A stretch of 54,170 nucleotides of DNA from Chromera velia (taxonomy: Eukaryota), in assembly GCA_018398765.1 (NCBI GenBank), contig JAHBMJ010000161.1, positions 1 through 54,170 on the forward strand, given 5' to 3'. The number at the start of each line of letters is the position of its first letter. Positions within the stretch are counted from its first letter, which is position 1. Below the pieces are notes generated by a model. The model worked only from the letters and a program-made list of their open reading frames with translations. It made no database searches and was not told the origin of the DNA. Below are positions 36,956-47,893 of the stretch, one piece after another. Both the position numbers and the translations under genes were made by a program.

Positions 36956-39900
36956 ATGCAAGGTGGTGAGGGTCATACGGGATCGGTTTCCCACGCCCCG
37001 GGGGGAGACCATGATCCTCAGGGAGGAAAGAAGGGAGGACAGGGGCAGGGGCAGGAACCCAAACTGAACCCCAATGCCGCCGTTTTCATTCCCGGGGGTG
37101 CAGGTGGCCAGGGTGGTGCCACTCCTCAAGCGCCTGTCAGTTATTATTTGTGAGACGTGGAAAGTAGTGAGTGATGCTCATTTTGCTTTCTTTTCGATGG
37201 TCCCTCCCTTTTTTACGCGGTCTTTCTTCTTTCGGGTTGTAAGAGAGACAGGAAAACGTGGGGAGACGACGAAAAAGGAAGCGGGATGAGGCGTGACAGG
37301 CCGAACATGTCTTTGTCTCCTTTCTTCGTTGACTGGATTGTTTTCTTGTCTACTGCTTTTGTTTGCATGCAGGCTCAGCAGATGAAAGGCGCACCCATGC
37401 AGGGGAACATGATGCCGGGTCAAGGAGCCGAAAATGGTAAGCGCACAGCCGGCTCAGCGGGGCGGTGGGGCTACTTCACTTCTTTCGTCTTTTGTCTGTT
37501 CAGGTGACTTACCTGAATGTCCCTTGAGAGAGAAGAGTGTGTGTACCTTCTTTTGTCTCCTCGACCTTCCGATCACGTGCTTGGCGGTGGACCATGTAGC
37601 ACTATGGTGATTGCATGAGCAGTGAAGTGGTCTCTGCATGTACGTTTGTCCCACTCATCCTTCCACCCGTTTCTTTCTTTGTCGTCCCCTGCAGCAGCGG
37701 CAATGTTTGTCGTACCGCAGAACGCGGCAAATAACCCCATGTTTTCAATGGACCCATCGCAGTACAACCTGTATACTGCTGCCGCTATCTATGCACAGTC
37801 GATGACGTCGCAGATGCCCAACATGACACAACAGCAGCAAAGCCAGCTTATGCAGTGGTACATTCAGAACGCCCTTATGCAGCAGCAGGCCGCAGCTCAG
37901 CAGCAGAACGCGGCCCAGCAGCAGCAACAACAGCAGCAGGGTCAGCAACCGCAGCAGCCTGGTCCTTCTGCCTTCCAGCCGCCTGCGCAGCAGCAGCAAC
38001 AGCCACCGCAGCAGCAGCCTCAGCAGCAGGGTCTAGGAGGGATGCAGCAGGGACAGGGACAGCCGGGGGTTGCAGCAGGTGGGCAGCAGGGGCAGCAGCA
38101 GGGCGCGGGGGCTGGAGGTTTCCAGGGATCCGGTCCTCCGAATATGAATTTTATGGGAACGAATGGGATGATGGGAGGAATGGACGGCCAGGGTCCTGCG
38201 GACGGCGGTCGCGGGGGCCGGGGGGGAAGGGGAAGAGGGGGCATGGGGGGGGTATCAAGGAATCCGAATCAGCAGGGGAGGGGGCAGAGACCGCCACCCA
38301 CTCCAAATGCGGGTAATGCCCCCCAAGCAGGGCAGCAGCATCCGCCCCCCCAGGGCCAACAGCCTGCCTTGCTCCCCCCTCCTGGTACCCCGGCCCAGCC
38401 CATGCCGCCACAAAGGGCGATGGGGGCAGGAAATTTTGGGGGTGCAGTACGGGGTCAGATGGGAGCAGCTGGGGGAGTGGGTTTTTCTCCCATGCAAGGG
38501 CCTAACGGGCAGATGCCCAATGGGCATATTCCTCCAACAGCACAGCGACCGTTCAATCAGGGACCCCAATTTTCTCCTGAGCAACGGTCACCGAGTTTTG
38601 ATGCTCCGCAGAGGCCAATGGGTGTCGGGCCTGCTGGGAACTATCAGCAGACTTTCACGTCTCCCCACATGCAGCATGCCGTCTCTCCTGGGGCCGGTCC
38701 CCTTCCTCCGCCTGCTGCTCTTCCGACAGGTGGGGTGGCAGGCCGTGCAGCCAACGGGGGTGCAGGTCCTGGCGGGCCTGCTGCAAGTGGTCAGAACGGG
38801 GGGACACCGACTGGTGCAGGTTTCCCCAACAGAGGGCGTGGGGGAGGGGGTCCGGGAGGATTCCCTGGTGGGGGCCGGGGGGCGAAAGGCCAAAGAACAC
38901 CGGGTGGGGGGCCCATGCATGAGCCGAAGGCGGCCGGGAGAGGGCGAGGTAACTTCGCCCAGATCCCACCACAGGCTGGACCCCAGGCAGCAGGACCTCC
39001 CCCAGGGGGTCCTCATGTGCATATGCCGAAGCAGGCGGGGGGAAACTTTCAGAGAGGGCCGAAACCAGGGCCCCAGCAGCCTGCGGCTCCTGGTGCAAAG
39101 GAAAAGCCACCTAGTGGACCGCCTCCGCCGCCTCCTCTCCCCCCTCCGCCCGACGGACCTCCAGCCAGCACCACAGACAGCAAGCCTTCGTATGCTGCCA
39201 TGGTCAAGCAGGTGCAAGGGTCGGGTCCTATTCCGAAGGCTGCTGGATTGGGTGTTTCCCCCGACTCTGCGGACAAGGACAAGCAGCCCCCTATCCAGCC
39301 CAAACAGCCCCCCCCTCCGCCCCCTGCGGGCCCCGCTCCGGGGGATGCAAAACAGCAACCCGCGCCTCCCTCTACGTCTCCTCCTGCCATGCCCATGTCC
39401 CCCCCTCAACCCCCAGTGCAGACAACCATTGGTCATCCCCCCCCCGAGTCGGAAGCTGTTCAGCCCCCCACTGAAATTCCTTTGCCTCCGCAGTCCCCCC
39501 CTCCCGCTGCCGACGCCACGTCAATCCCACCACCACAGGAGACCACTGCGGCCCCCGCACCACCCACACCCCCCGCCCCGGAGAGTGCCGTCTCCCCGGC
39601 AGCCAAGGCAGATTCCATTCCTCCCGTGTCAGCCGAGTCACCCAACGCAGCAGATGCCGCTTCGGCACCCTCCCCCACCGCTCGCGGCGGCGGCGGATCC
39701 CCGAAGAAGAAAGGGGCGGCACAGAAGCAGCAGGAGAAGGAGAAAGACAAATCTCCTTCTTCGACTTGCAGAGGAAATACATCCAGTCAGCCTGCAGGGG
39801 ATATAGAGCCTGATGCTCTGGGAGGTAGTGCAACGGCAGGTGAAGAGACAGCTGCAGAAGTGACTGCAGCTGACTCTGCGAGTGTGCAAGCGTCGGAGCC

Positions 39901-40843
39901 CTCGGCCCAGCCGAGTGCGCCTCAGGGTGCCGGGACTTCAGATCACTCTGGCACAGGCGAACCGGCAGGTCAAGCAGAGGAGGAAAAGGAGAAAGAGCCA
40001 GAAAAGGAAAAGGAGGCAAGTGGGCCGATGAGTTGGGCTGACAGGATCAAGCGGGGAGGCTCGGGGGCAACAAAGGCTGCTGCTCCCAAACCACCCGCCA
40101 AAATCACCCCGACACCCGCGAAGGGCAAGGCTGCGGCTCCTCCCCAGGCTCCTGGGGGGAAATCCAAAGCACCGTCGCGCACGCAATCCCCAGCCCTTCC
40201 CGCCAAGGCGCCTGGCCCTGCGCCTTCTGCCGCTTCTGACTCAGCGCCTGAGCCAGCCACCGCTGCTTCCCCTGCAGCATCTAACCAGGTTTCCCCGACT
40301 GCCGCTCCGTCCGCCGACAAGGAAAAGCCGGCGGCGGCAAAGGCAGAAGCTTCTTCGGCCGCGCCCTCCTCGGCTGCTGCTGCCGCCTCTCCAAAGGCTG
40401 CACCTGCTGCAAGTAGTTCAGACACAAAGGCACCCGCAGTTCCCCCCGCATCTTCAGCTGTTCCTCCTCCCCCTCCGAAGGACGCAGAGACCAAGGGAGC
40501 TGTTGCTGCCTCTGGAAGCGCTTCTGTGAAACCCGCAGCTGAGCCTCCAGCTGTCCCTCCGTCGATGGCGGATGCCCCGCCCCTTCCGTCGAAGGCCCCG
40601 GCAGCGTCCGCCAAGAAGGAGAAAGAGCCAGAGAAGGAGAAGGACAAAGAGGCTGCAAGCAAGGAGGATGCAGAGAAACAGACAGAGGCGAAGAAAGAAG
40701 ACAACGAGCGTGAGTCTGAGAACCGAAACAGAAATAGTTTCCAAATCTCTTTACTTTTTCGTATTGATCGATCAAATTCAGGGAAAAATTTGTGTTTGTC
40801 TCTCCCTCTCTCTGTCCCCCTTCCCCCCTCGCTCTCTTTCTCT

Positions 40844-40883
<40 letters not shown>

Positions 40884-43800
40884 GCGCGCGCGCGCGTGCG
40901 TGAAACTGAGAGAGAGAAAGAGAATCTTGTGCACATCTTCGTCTGTATCCTTCCTTTTTCCTGCGCGACCGGTTTGTCCCCCAAGAGCGTTTCATCTTGT
41001 TGCTTGTCTGCTTCATTTAACCGCATCGACTTTCAGCCTCGATGTGTTAAGAACATTTCCAATGCATGGTGCGTTGTATCTTCTCATGTGTGCAGCGAAG
41101 CAAAGCACGTGGGCTTCTCTCTTAAAGGGGAACAAAACAGCACAGCCGAAACCCAAGCCCGCCCCCCCTGCCCCGACGAAAACCGCTGCAGCGCCCCAGC
41201 CCAAACCCAAGGCCGCCGCCGCGAAGCCCAAGCAGGCTCCAGGCCCTCGCCCCGCCGCCGCACCCCCTGTGGTGGAAGAGAAGAAGGACCCCGCTCCTCC
41301 TCCTTCCCCCGCCGCCCCTGCCGAGCCCATTCCCACCCCTGCACAGCAAGCTGCAAAGCCAGCAGAGGAAAAGAAGGACGACAAGCAGGCGAAGGCTGCT
41401 CCTCCCGAAGAGTGGGCCACCGTCGCCGGAGGGCGGAAGGGTAAGAAGGGAACCGGAGGGAGAAACGGACAGCCCGCCCCTGGGCCCACCCCTACTGCCT
41501 CTGCCCCTTCTGCAGCTGACGACCGCTCTGCTGCTCCCTCTGCCTCCCCCACACCTCTGAAAGGATCACCCAAGACGAATAAGAAGGAACCTGCAGCCCT
41601 CACTCCTGAGAAGGAGGAAGCAGAGGCAGCTGAGTCCGAATCCTCTGCTGAAGAGTCAACCAAGCCTGCCCAGCAGCCTGCAGCCGCAGCTCCGGCAGAG
41701 GTCCCTGCACCTACCGCAGCCCCGGAGCCGAAAGAAAAAGAGAAGGAGAAGGAGGAGTCCCCCAAACCTCCGGTGGCTGCTCCTTCTTCCCCAAAGAAGA
41801 AAAAGGCGGGGGCAGAGAAGAAGCAGCCAGAGAAGGAAAAGGAGTCTGCTCCCTCGTCCCCGAGCAAGGCACCCGCTCCTGCCCCTGCTACTGCGGCTGC
41901 CGCTCCTGCCTCCCCTAAGTCAAAGCCTGTAGAGCCTGTGAAGGAGCAGAAGAAGGAACCTGCTGCGGCAGAGCTTGCCCCTCCAGCAGCACCGGGTGGG
42001 AAGGCTAAGTACATCCCCCCCAGCTTGCGGAACCGCCAGGCTCAAAGCGAGACGCCCACACCGGCCGCCTCGGAGACGCCTTCTCCGACTCCAGCTACCG
42101 TCACCCCCCCAGCCATCGATGCCCAGGCGGCGCCCGCCGCCCCTGCAGCCGAGGCCCCAGTGGCTCCTCCTGAGAAGGAGAAAGAGAAGGAAAAAGAGGA
42201 GAAGGAGAAGGAAGCTCCCGCCCCCACTCCCGCACCTGTTGCAGCAGAGAAGCGTGCTGCTGCACCGATTGTTCCCCCTGCCGCAGCTCCTGCTCCCACT
42301 CCTTCATCGTCATCGTCAGTCGCCTTCATTTACTTTCATACAGAATTCTTTTTTCTTTTTCTTTTTCTGTATGAAATCTCATATATGTATGAGTAAATAC
42401 ATGCTCCCACTCCATCATCGTCAGTTGCCTTACCGCTTAAGCCTGCATGTTTTGTTGTATTATTTGCCTCTTTTCTTGCTTTCTTTCCTCGGCGGCTTCA
42501 TTCTTTCATACTCGACTCTTTAAAGGGCTTTCATTACTTGCACTACAAATTTCCGTTTTGTTTCTGTCCTTGAAAAAGAGAGACGAAAGGAACAGATGGA
42601 TGAATGGACAGGCGAGTAGAGGGATAATGGATGACCTGAGAAAGAAAGAAAGAAAGAAAGAAAGTCATGCTGACCGACCGCGTCTCTCCTTTCCCCCGCC
42701 CCCCTCTGTTTGCAGAAGCGCTCCCGATATCGCCCCTGTTAACGCCAAGCAGATCTCGCGTTTGAAGGATAACACCGATTTCCCTGCCTTCCTCCGCACT
42801 GCCCTTGACATTGGCCTGAAGCCAGAGTGCCAGAAACTCCCGGAGGACCACAAGATCCCCTCATTCCTCATGCCAGGCCAACAGCAGACACGTGGAGAGG
42901 ACAGGGGTTATCGGGAAAGGGATAGAGACTACCCCATGGGTGGTGGAAGGGGAGGGAGGTTACGTCCTCCGGGGGGCCGAGACGAGCGCGAGCGCGACAC
43001 CGGTTGGAGACGAGAGCGCGACTACGGTCCTCGTGGGGACAGGGAGCAACAGGGCTTTGGATACTCCAGAGATTTTGATGACGAGGGGGACAGGAGAGGA
43101 GGAAGAGGCCTCAGACCGCCTCAGAAGGAAGAGCAGACGGGACCCATCGTGTCTGGATGGGTCGCCGCACAGCGTGCCAAGCGAGGAAAGGGAGACGAAT
43201 GGTGGGTCGTCAAAGTGAAAGAAGAAATGGGTGACTCCACGTCAAATAGGGAGGGCTTTTCTTGACTTGTTTCCGTTGCTTCTCAGCTTTGATCCATCCC
43301 TCTTTTCTTTCTTTCATCCCCCCCTTGCAGCATCTTCTCTTTTACTAGTTAGTGATTTGCATGATATCTCTTCTCTTCGCTTCTCTGACCCTCCCTCTGT
43401 GACTGTTCTCCTCTACTCTCCTCTCCATTGTTCGTGTTTCTTTTTATGGTTCTGCTTCTTCTCCTCCTCGTCGTCTTGCAGGACGGATGAGACGAAGAAG
43501 CGCCGGATTCTGGCTCTTCTGAATAAGTTCTCTCTGGAGAAGTTTGACTCCCTTTACAAGCAGCTCCTGGAACTCCCTTATGGATCCTCTGAGGATATCC
43601 AGTTGCTCGTGCGCCTCCTTTTCGAAAAGGTGTCCGCTGAGCCGAAATATGTTGAGGTCAGCGAAAGGACTGCACTCACTGGCTCCTTCCCGCCTCCTTT
43701 TATCGAAGGGCGCCCTCCCTTTTCTGCTTTCTTGTCTTTCGACGCTTTTCTCTTTGGAGAAACAAAGTTCCTCCTCTTCCTCCTCGCGAGATGAAAGAAG

Positions 43801-46800
43801 AGTTCTCTGCTGCCCCCTCCTTGTGTTACCGTTGTATCTGCAGATGTACGCGGACGTGTGCAAGAGTCTGTCAGAAGACCTCGGCAAGAGGAAGTTCGGA
43901 GAGGAGGAGCTTGACTTCAAGCGACTTCTGTTGGATGGGTGTCAGGAGTCCTTTATGAAGTTCCTGAACCCGTCGGAAGAGCTCAGAGGGATGGAGGACA
44001 AGAACTCGGAAGACTTCATCACTGCATACTTCAAGTATAAGAATGCAATGCTGGGCAACATTCGTTTCTGCGGTGAGTCAGTCAGTCAGTCAGTCAGGGG
44101 GGGGGAACGACATAAAGGCTGAGTCATTTATGTTCCCTTGCGTCTCTTCCTGCAGAAAAGAAATGCTCTTTTTTTCAATTTCTCCTTGCCCATTCTCTTC
44201 TATCCTTCTCTCTCTTGCTTATTGTCGTTCAAGAGAAAAATGCCCTCCTCCTCTGTAGTTCATCTGCTCCCGCTTCCCTCTCCTCGGCTCGTAGCATGGC
44301 AAAATGGCGGAGTGCGTACTTCGCCCTCATTGTAGCTTCGTTTTCTGCGTCCTCCACGAACTGCCTCAATAACTCCCCTTTCCTTTTTTTTTCTTTCGTT
44401 CGTTCTTTTCCTTGCAGCCGCCCTCCTCCTGCGACGTATTCTCTCCACTGCGGTCACTGAGAACATCATTCAGGATCTCTTTGAGCACGCGCAGAAGCCC
44501 GAGCTTTCGGGAGAGGACGAAAGCGAACATATGCTCGAGTGTATCTGCGTCTTCATTTCGGCTCTCGGAGGAAAGCTCACCTCAAATGAGGTATGCGGGA
44601 GGTGCAAGAAAGCAGAAGAAGAGCAGCCGTGCGTTTTTTGGCCAAGAGACAAAAGGGAGGTTGGAGCAGTGTTGAGCTAGAGACTGTGTGACACACCTTT
44701 TCACAAAGAAAATTCTGTCACCTTTTCTGAATCTGCATCCATGCTTTGTGTCTGTCACTCTGTCTGTCAATTTGTGCGTGCAGAAGCGGAAGAAGATTTT
44801 CGACTCGGCTCTGGACAGGTTCACGAACTACATCCAGGCGAACAAGGAGAAGGAAGGAGGGAAGCAGCCATCGCATCCGACCTGCACCAAGAGGGCGGAG
44901 TGCCTCATGCAGGTGCGTGTGTGCGTGTGTACTCCCTGGTTTTTCTTTTGTGTGCTCAGGCTGGCCTTCCTTCATACCTCAGGAGAGAACGTTGCTGCTT
45001 TCTTTGTGATGGTCTTGCATGGCGACTTCGATCTCTCTCTGACTTTCCTTTTTTTTTTTCGTCTCCCACCTCTCCCAATTCTACACAGAGAGATACAGTA
45101 TTTGCTCACTTTCTCCTTTCTCGGGAAAATTCCTGACTGAACAGGAGAGCTCCTGGAAGGCACACACCCTCCCTCCCTCCCTCTCTCTCAGGACGTGATT
45201 GACCTCCGCGCCGCCGGGTGGGAGAGTAAGAAGCCGAATACGATGGCTGGGCCTGCGAAGATCAGTGATGTGCATCGAGCACACGCAGAGGAGGCGGCAA
45301 GAGAAGAAGAGCAGAAGATGGAGGACAGAAAGAAATTGGCAGAGCAGGAGAGGCTGGACAAGGAGAGGGGGGTGAGGAGGCCTGGTCCTGGGGGAAGAGA
45401 GGATCGGGACGGCCGCGGAGGTGCAAAGGAAGACAACAAACCGGGGGGAAGAAAGGTCTGTTTGTCGGCAGAGAGAGTCCTCGTCCGGTCTCTTTCCATA
45501 GCTCCCCCTTAGGCTGTGTCTGTCGTCTTTTTTACGAACAGTTCCCTCCCTTGCCTTCTCCATTGTATCGTATGCTTTCTCCGTGTTCCATCTCTCATGC
45601 ACTTTCGTTCTGTTTGACAGACGACTCCACTTTTCTCCCCTTCCCGAGCGCAGGAAGAGCCCGCCAAGGCCGAAATCAAATTGGGCACAGGAGCGAAGGC
45701 AGGTGGCGGCGACATGAGCTGGCTTTATGCCGGTAAGCCTAAAGCAGCTCCAAAGGCAAAGGCGGCGATGCCTGCGGTGAAGGAGGAATCCGCCTCTTCC
45801 TCTAAGCCCGCACCCGACCGTTCGGACGAGTCCCCGACTGCCAGACGGGCGAAGCCGCAGAAGAAGGACGAGCCGAAGAATTACATCGAGCTCAGCACCT
45901 TCAAGGAGATCGCAGAACCCCTCCTGAACTCCAGGGTCAGTCAGTGGGGGTCCCCCGATGGGCTTTTTTAATCATGTTTGTATTTCTTCCATTCCTTCCA
46001 GTCTCGCGAGACGTTGTGCATTTATTTTCATACAATAAATGCAAAAAAAATACAAAAAAATGTTTTTATTTCTTCTATTCCTCCCAGTCTCGCGAGATTG
46101 CGGGTAGATGGCACTGGCCCGACAATGTAAACGATGCGCTGCTCAACCTCTCTCTTGCAGTGAGGTTTGCCTGTTTTTTGGTTCTGTTTTGTGTTTGTGT
46201 AGTTCACCCTTTTTCTTTCTTCCTCTTTCATTCTGTCTAGCCCATTTGGTGACTTGACTTGTTTCTTTCTGCAGAGAGATGATGAGGAGATCACCGAAGG
46301 CTTCTACCCTCTGGACCCCTCTCTAGAGGGAGAGTATCTGAAGATTGCCTTCAGTTGCCTCTGGGAGGGCAAAGCTTCAAAGGCAGACATCGTGGCGGTG
46401 AACCTGGGAATCGCCCTGGCGAAGTGCTTCTCGAAGGAAGGGGCTCGCAAATTGTCAGCAGCAAGCAACCCTGGTCCCCCCCCCACGCTTTTGCTTTCAA
46501 GGCAGCGGCATTTGCTTTCTTCTTCTGCATTTGCTCTCCTTCTTTCTCCCTTCTCTCTGCTTGCATGCGTGCTAGCTGCCATAAAACATCTCTGAATCTG
46601 TTGCAACTGCCTGGAAGAACTGACAAGCCTCTCTGAAGGTCGATGCTTGTCACTTGATTGCGTCCTTGCCTGTCTGGGGAACTGTTTGTTCTCTCTCGTG
46701 AGTGTCTCCTTGCTGCACCAATGTCAAAAGGTGGACGCAGCCAGTTCCCTTACTCTGTTTCGAACGCCCCCGCGCCGTTCTATGTCTCTCTGACTGCAGC

Positions 46801-47356
46801 GCTTTGAGCGAATTCACCCCGGAGAAGCTCAGCATGAGGTACGAAGAAAACCTGAAGCTGCCGGAAATCTTCAAGGACAAATTCATCGGCACACTCAAGG
46901 GTCAGTCAGTCAGTCAGTCAGTCAGTCAGTCAGTAGGGGAAGGCCTGAAGGGCACGGAGGGGGGGAGGCCGTGAAAGAGAGTCCGAACAGCAGAAGAACA
47001 GATTGACTGGTGAAGGAGTAGACAGACAGACAGACAGACACACAGACGAATCGACAAGCAAAGGAGAGGAATCAAGGAGCTGCTCTTGAATCTTTTTTTC
47101 TCTTCTGGTTTGACTTTCTTCGCCCTTCATCGTTGCTGATTGTTTATTTTAAATACGAATAGAAGAGAGAGCGGTGTCATGTCAAACTGCTTTGTCTCTC
47201 ACACCTCTGCTTCTTTTCTGTTTTCTTCGTTCCCTCCCTCCTTCCCTCCCTCCAGACATCGATGAGGACGAAAGGCTGAAGTTGTTCTCCGAAGAAGAGT
47301 ATGAGAAGTTCTGCGCGGTCGAGGAGGAGGACTGGCCGGATGAGGATGAAGAGTAA
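36956..47356 (+). CDS. eIF4G: eIF4G-like translation initiation factor (PAM2, long Q/P/A-rich disordered region, MIF4G, probable MA3-like helical domain, acidic tail); 14 exons
   Basis: Phase-consistent GT-AG exon chain: 36956-37135, 37373-37436, 37695-40709, 41096-42314, 42716-43201, 43482-43656, 43844-44072, 44418-44590, 44784-44912, 45192-45455, 45654-45935, 46275-46453, 46800-46900, 47256-47356. MIF4G motifs: ILALLNKFSLEKFDSL, LLFEKVSAEPKYVEMYADVC, FKRLLLDGCQESF, MLGNIRFC, LECIC, MQDVIDLRAAGW..GPAKISDVH. Confidence 0.92.
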
Positions 47357-47864
47357 AGGAAGGAAGGAAGGAAGGAAGGAAGAAAGCATCAGTCGAATCC
47401 TAGAGGGGGGCAAAGGGTTGGGGTGGGTGGGGGGGCAGAACTGAACGAGACAGGAGAAGGGGCAACGAGGAGGGAAGGGCTGTCTTGAACGAAGCCTTCT
47501 GATTGATTTCCTTCCTCCTCGCGTTTCTGTCTGTCTCTCCGCAAATTGTTGAAGAAGAGAAGACCGTGCACATCCGTCTGAAAATGAATACTAACTAGCC
47601 TTTTGGCAAGGAAGCGAAAGAAAGAGTCAGGCAGGCTGTGCGTTGGTGCGGTTTGCTCCCCTGATTTTTGCTTGCTTGCTTGAGAGAAAGGGAGAGAAGA
47701 GGTTTCCGGGAGGTTCCCCCTCCTGTCCTTCCTTCCTTCCCTTTCTTTCATCCTGCCTGCCTGCCTGTCAGTCGCACCCTGCTTGCTTTGGTTGTGGCTG
47801 TCAGACCGTTTGACCACTTTTTTCCTTTGTACTTTCTCCAGCTGGAGACTGCGGGCTCTCGGCA

Positions 47865-47893
47865 NNNNNNNNNNNNNNNNNNNNNNNNNNNNN
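47865..47893. other. Assembly gap (N run); a second gap lies at 51727-51747
   Basis: Runs of n adjacent to G homopolymers. Confidence 0.99.

Noticed and set aside
37622..42396. 1093-aa and 534-aa ORFs as separate proline-rich or adhesin genes, and their long antisense/alternate-frame ORFs
   Set aside because: They are exons 3 and 4 of the eIF4G gene, with phase-consistent splice sites. The overlapping ORFs are by-products of GC-rich low-complexity coding sequence.
8607..47356. Functional cluster of translation genes (NAC-beta, eEF2-like, eIF4G)
   Set aside because: They are interspersed with unrelated genes, on different strands and in a eukaryote. Co-occurrence is plausibly chance without synteny data.
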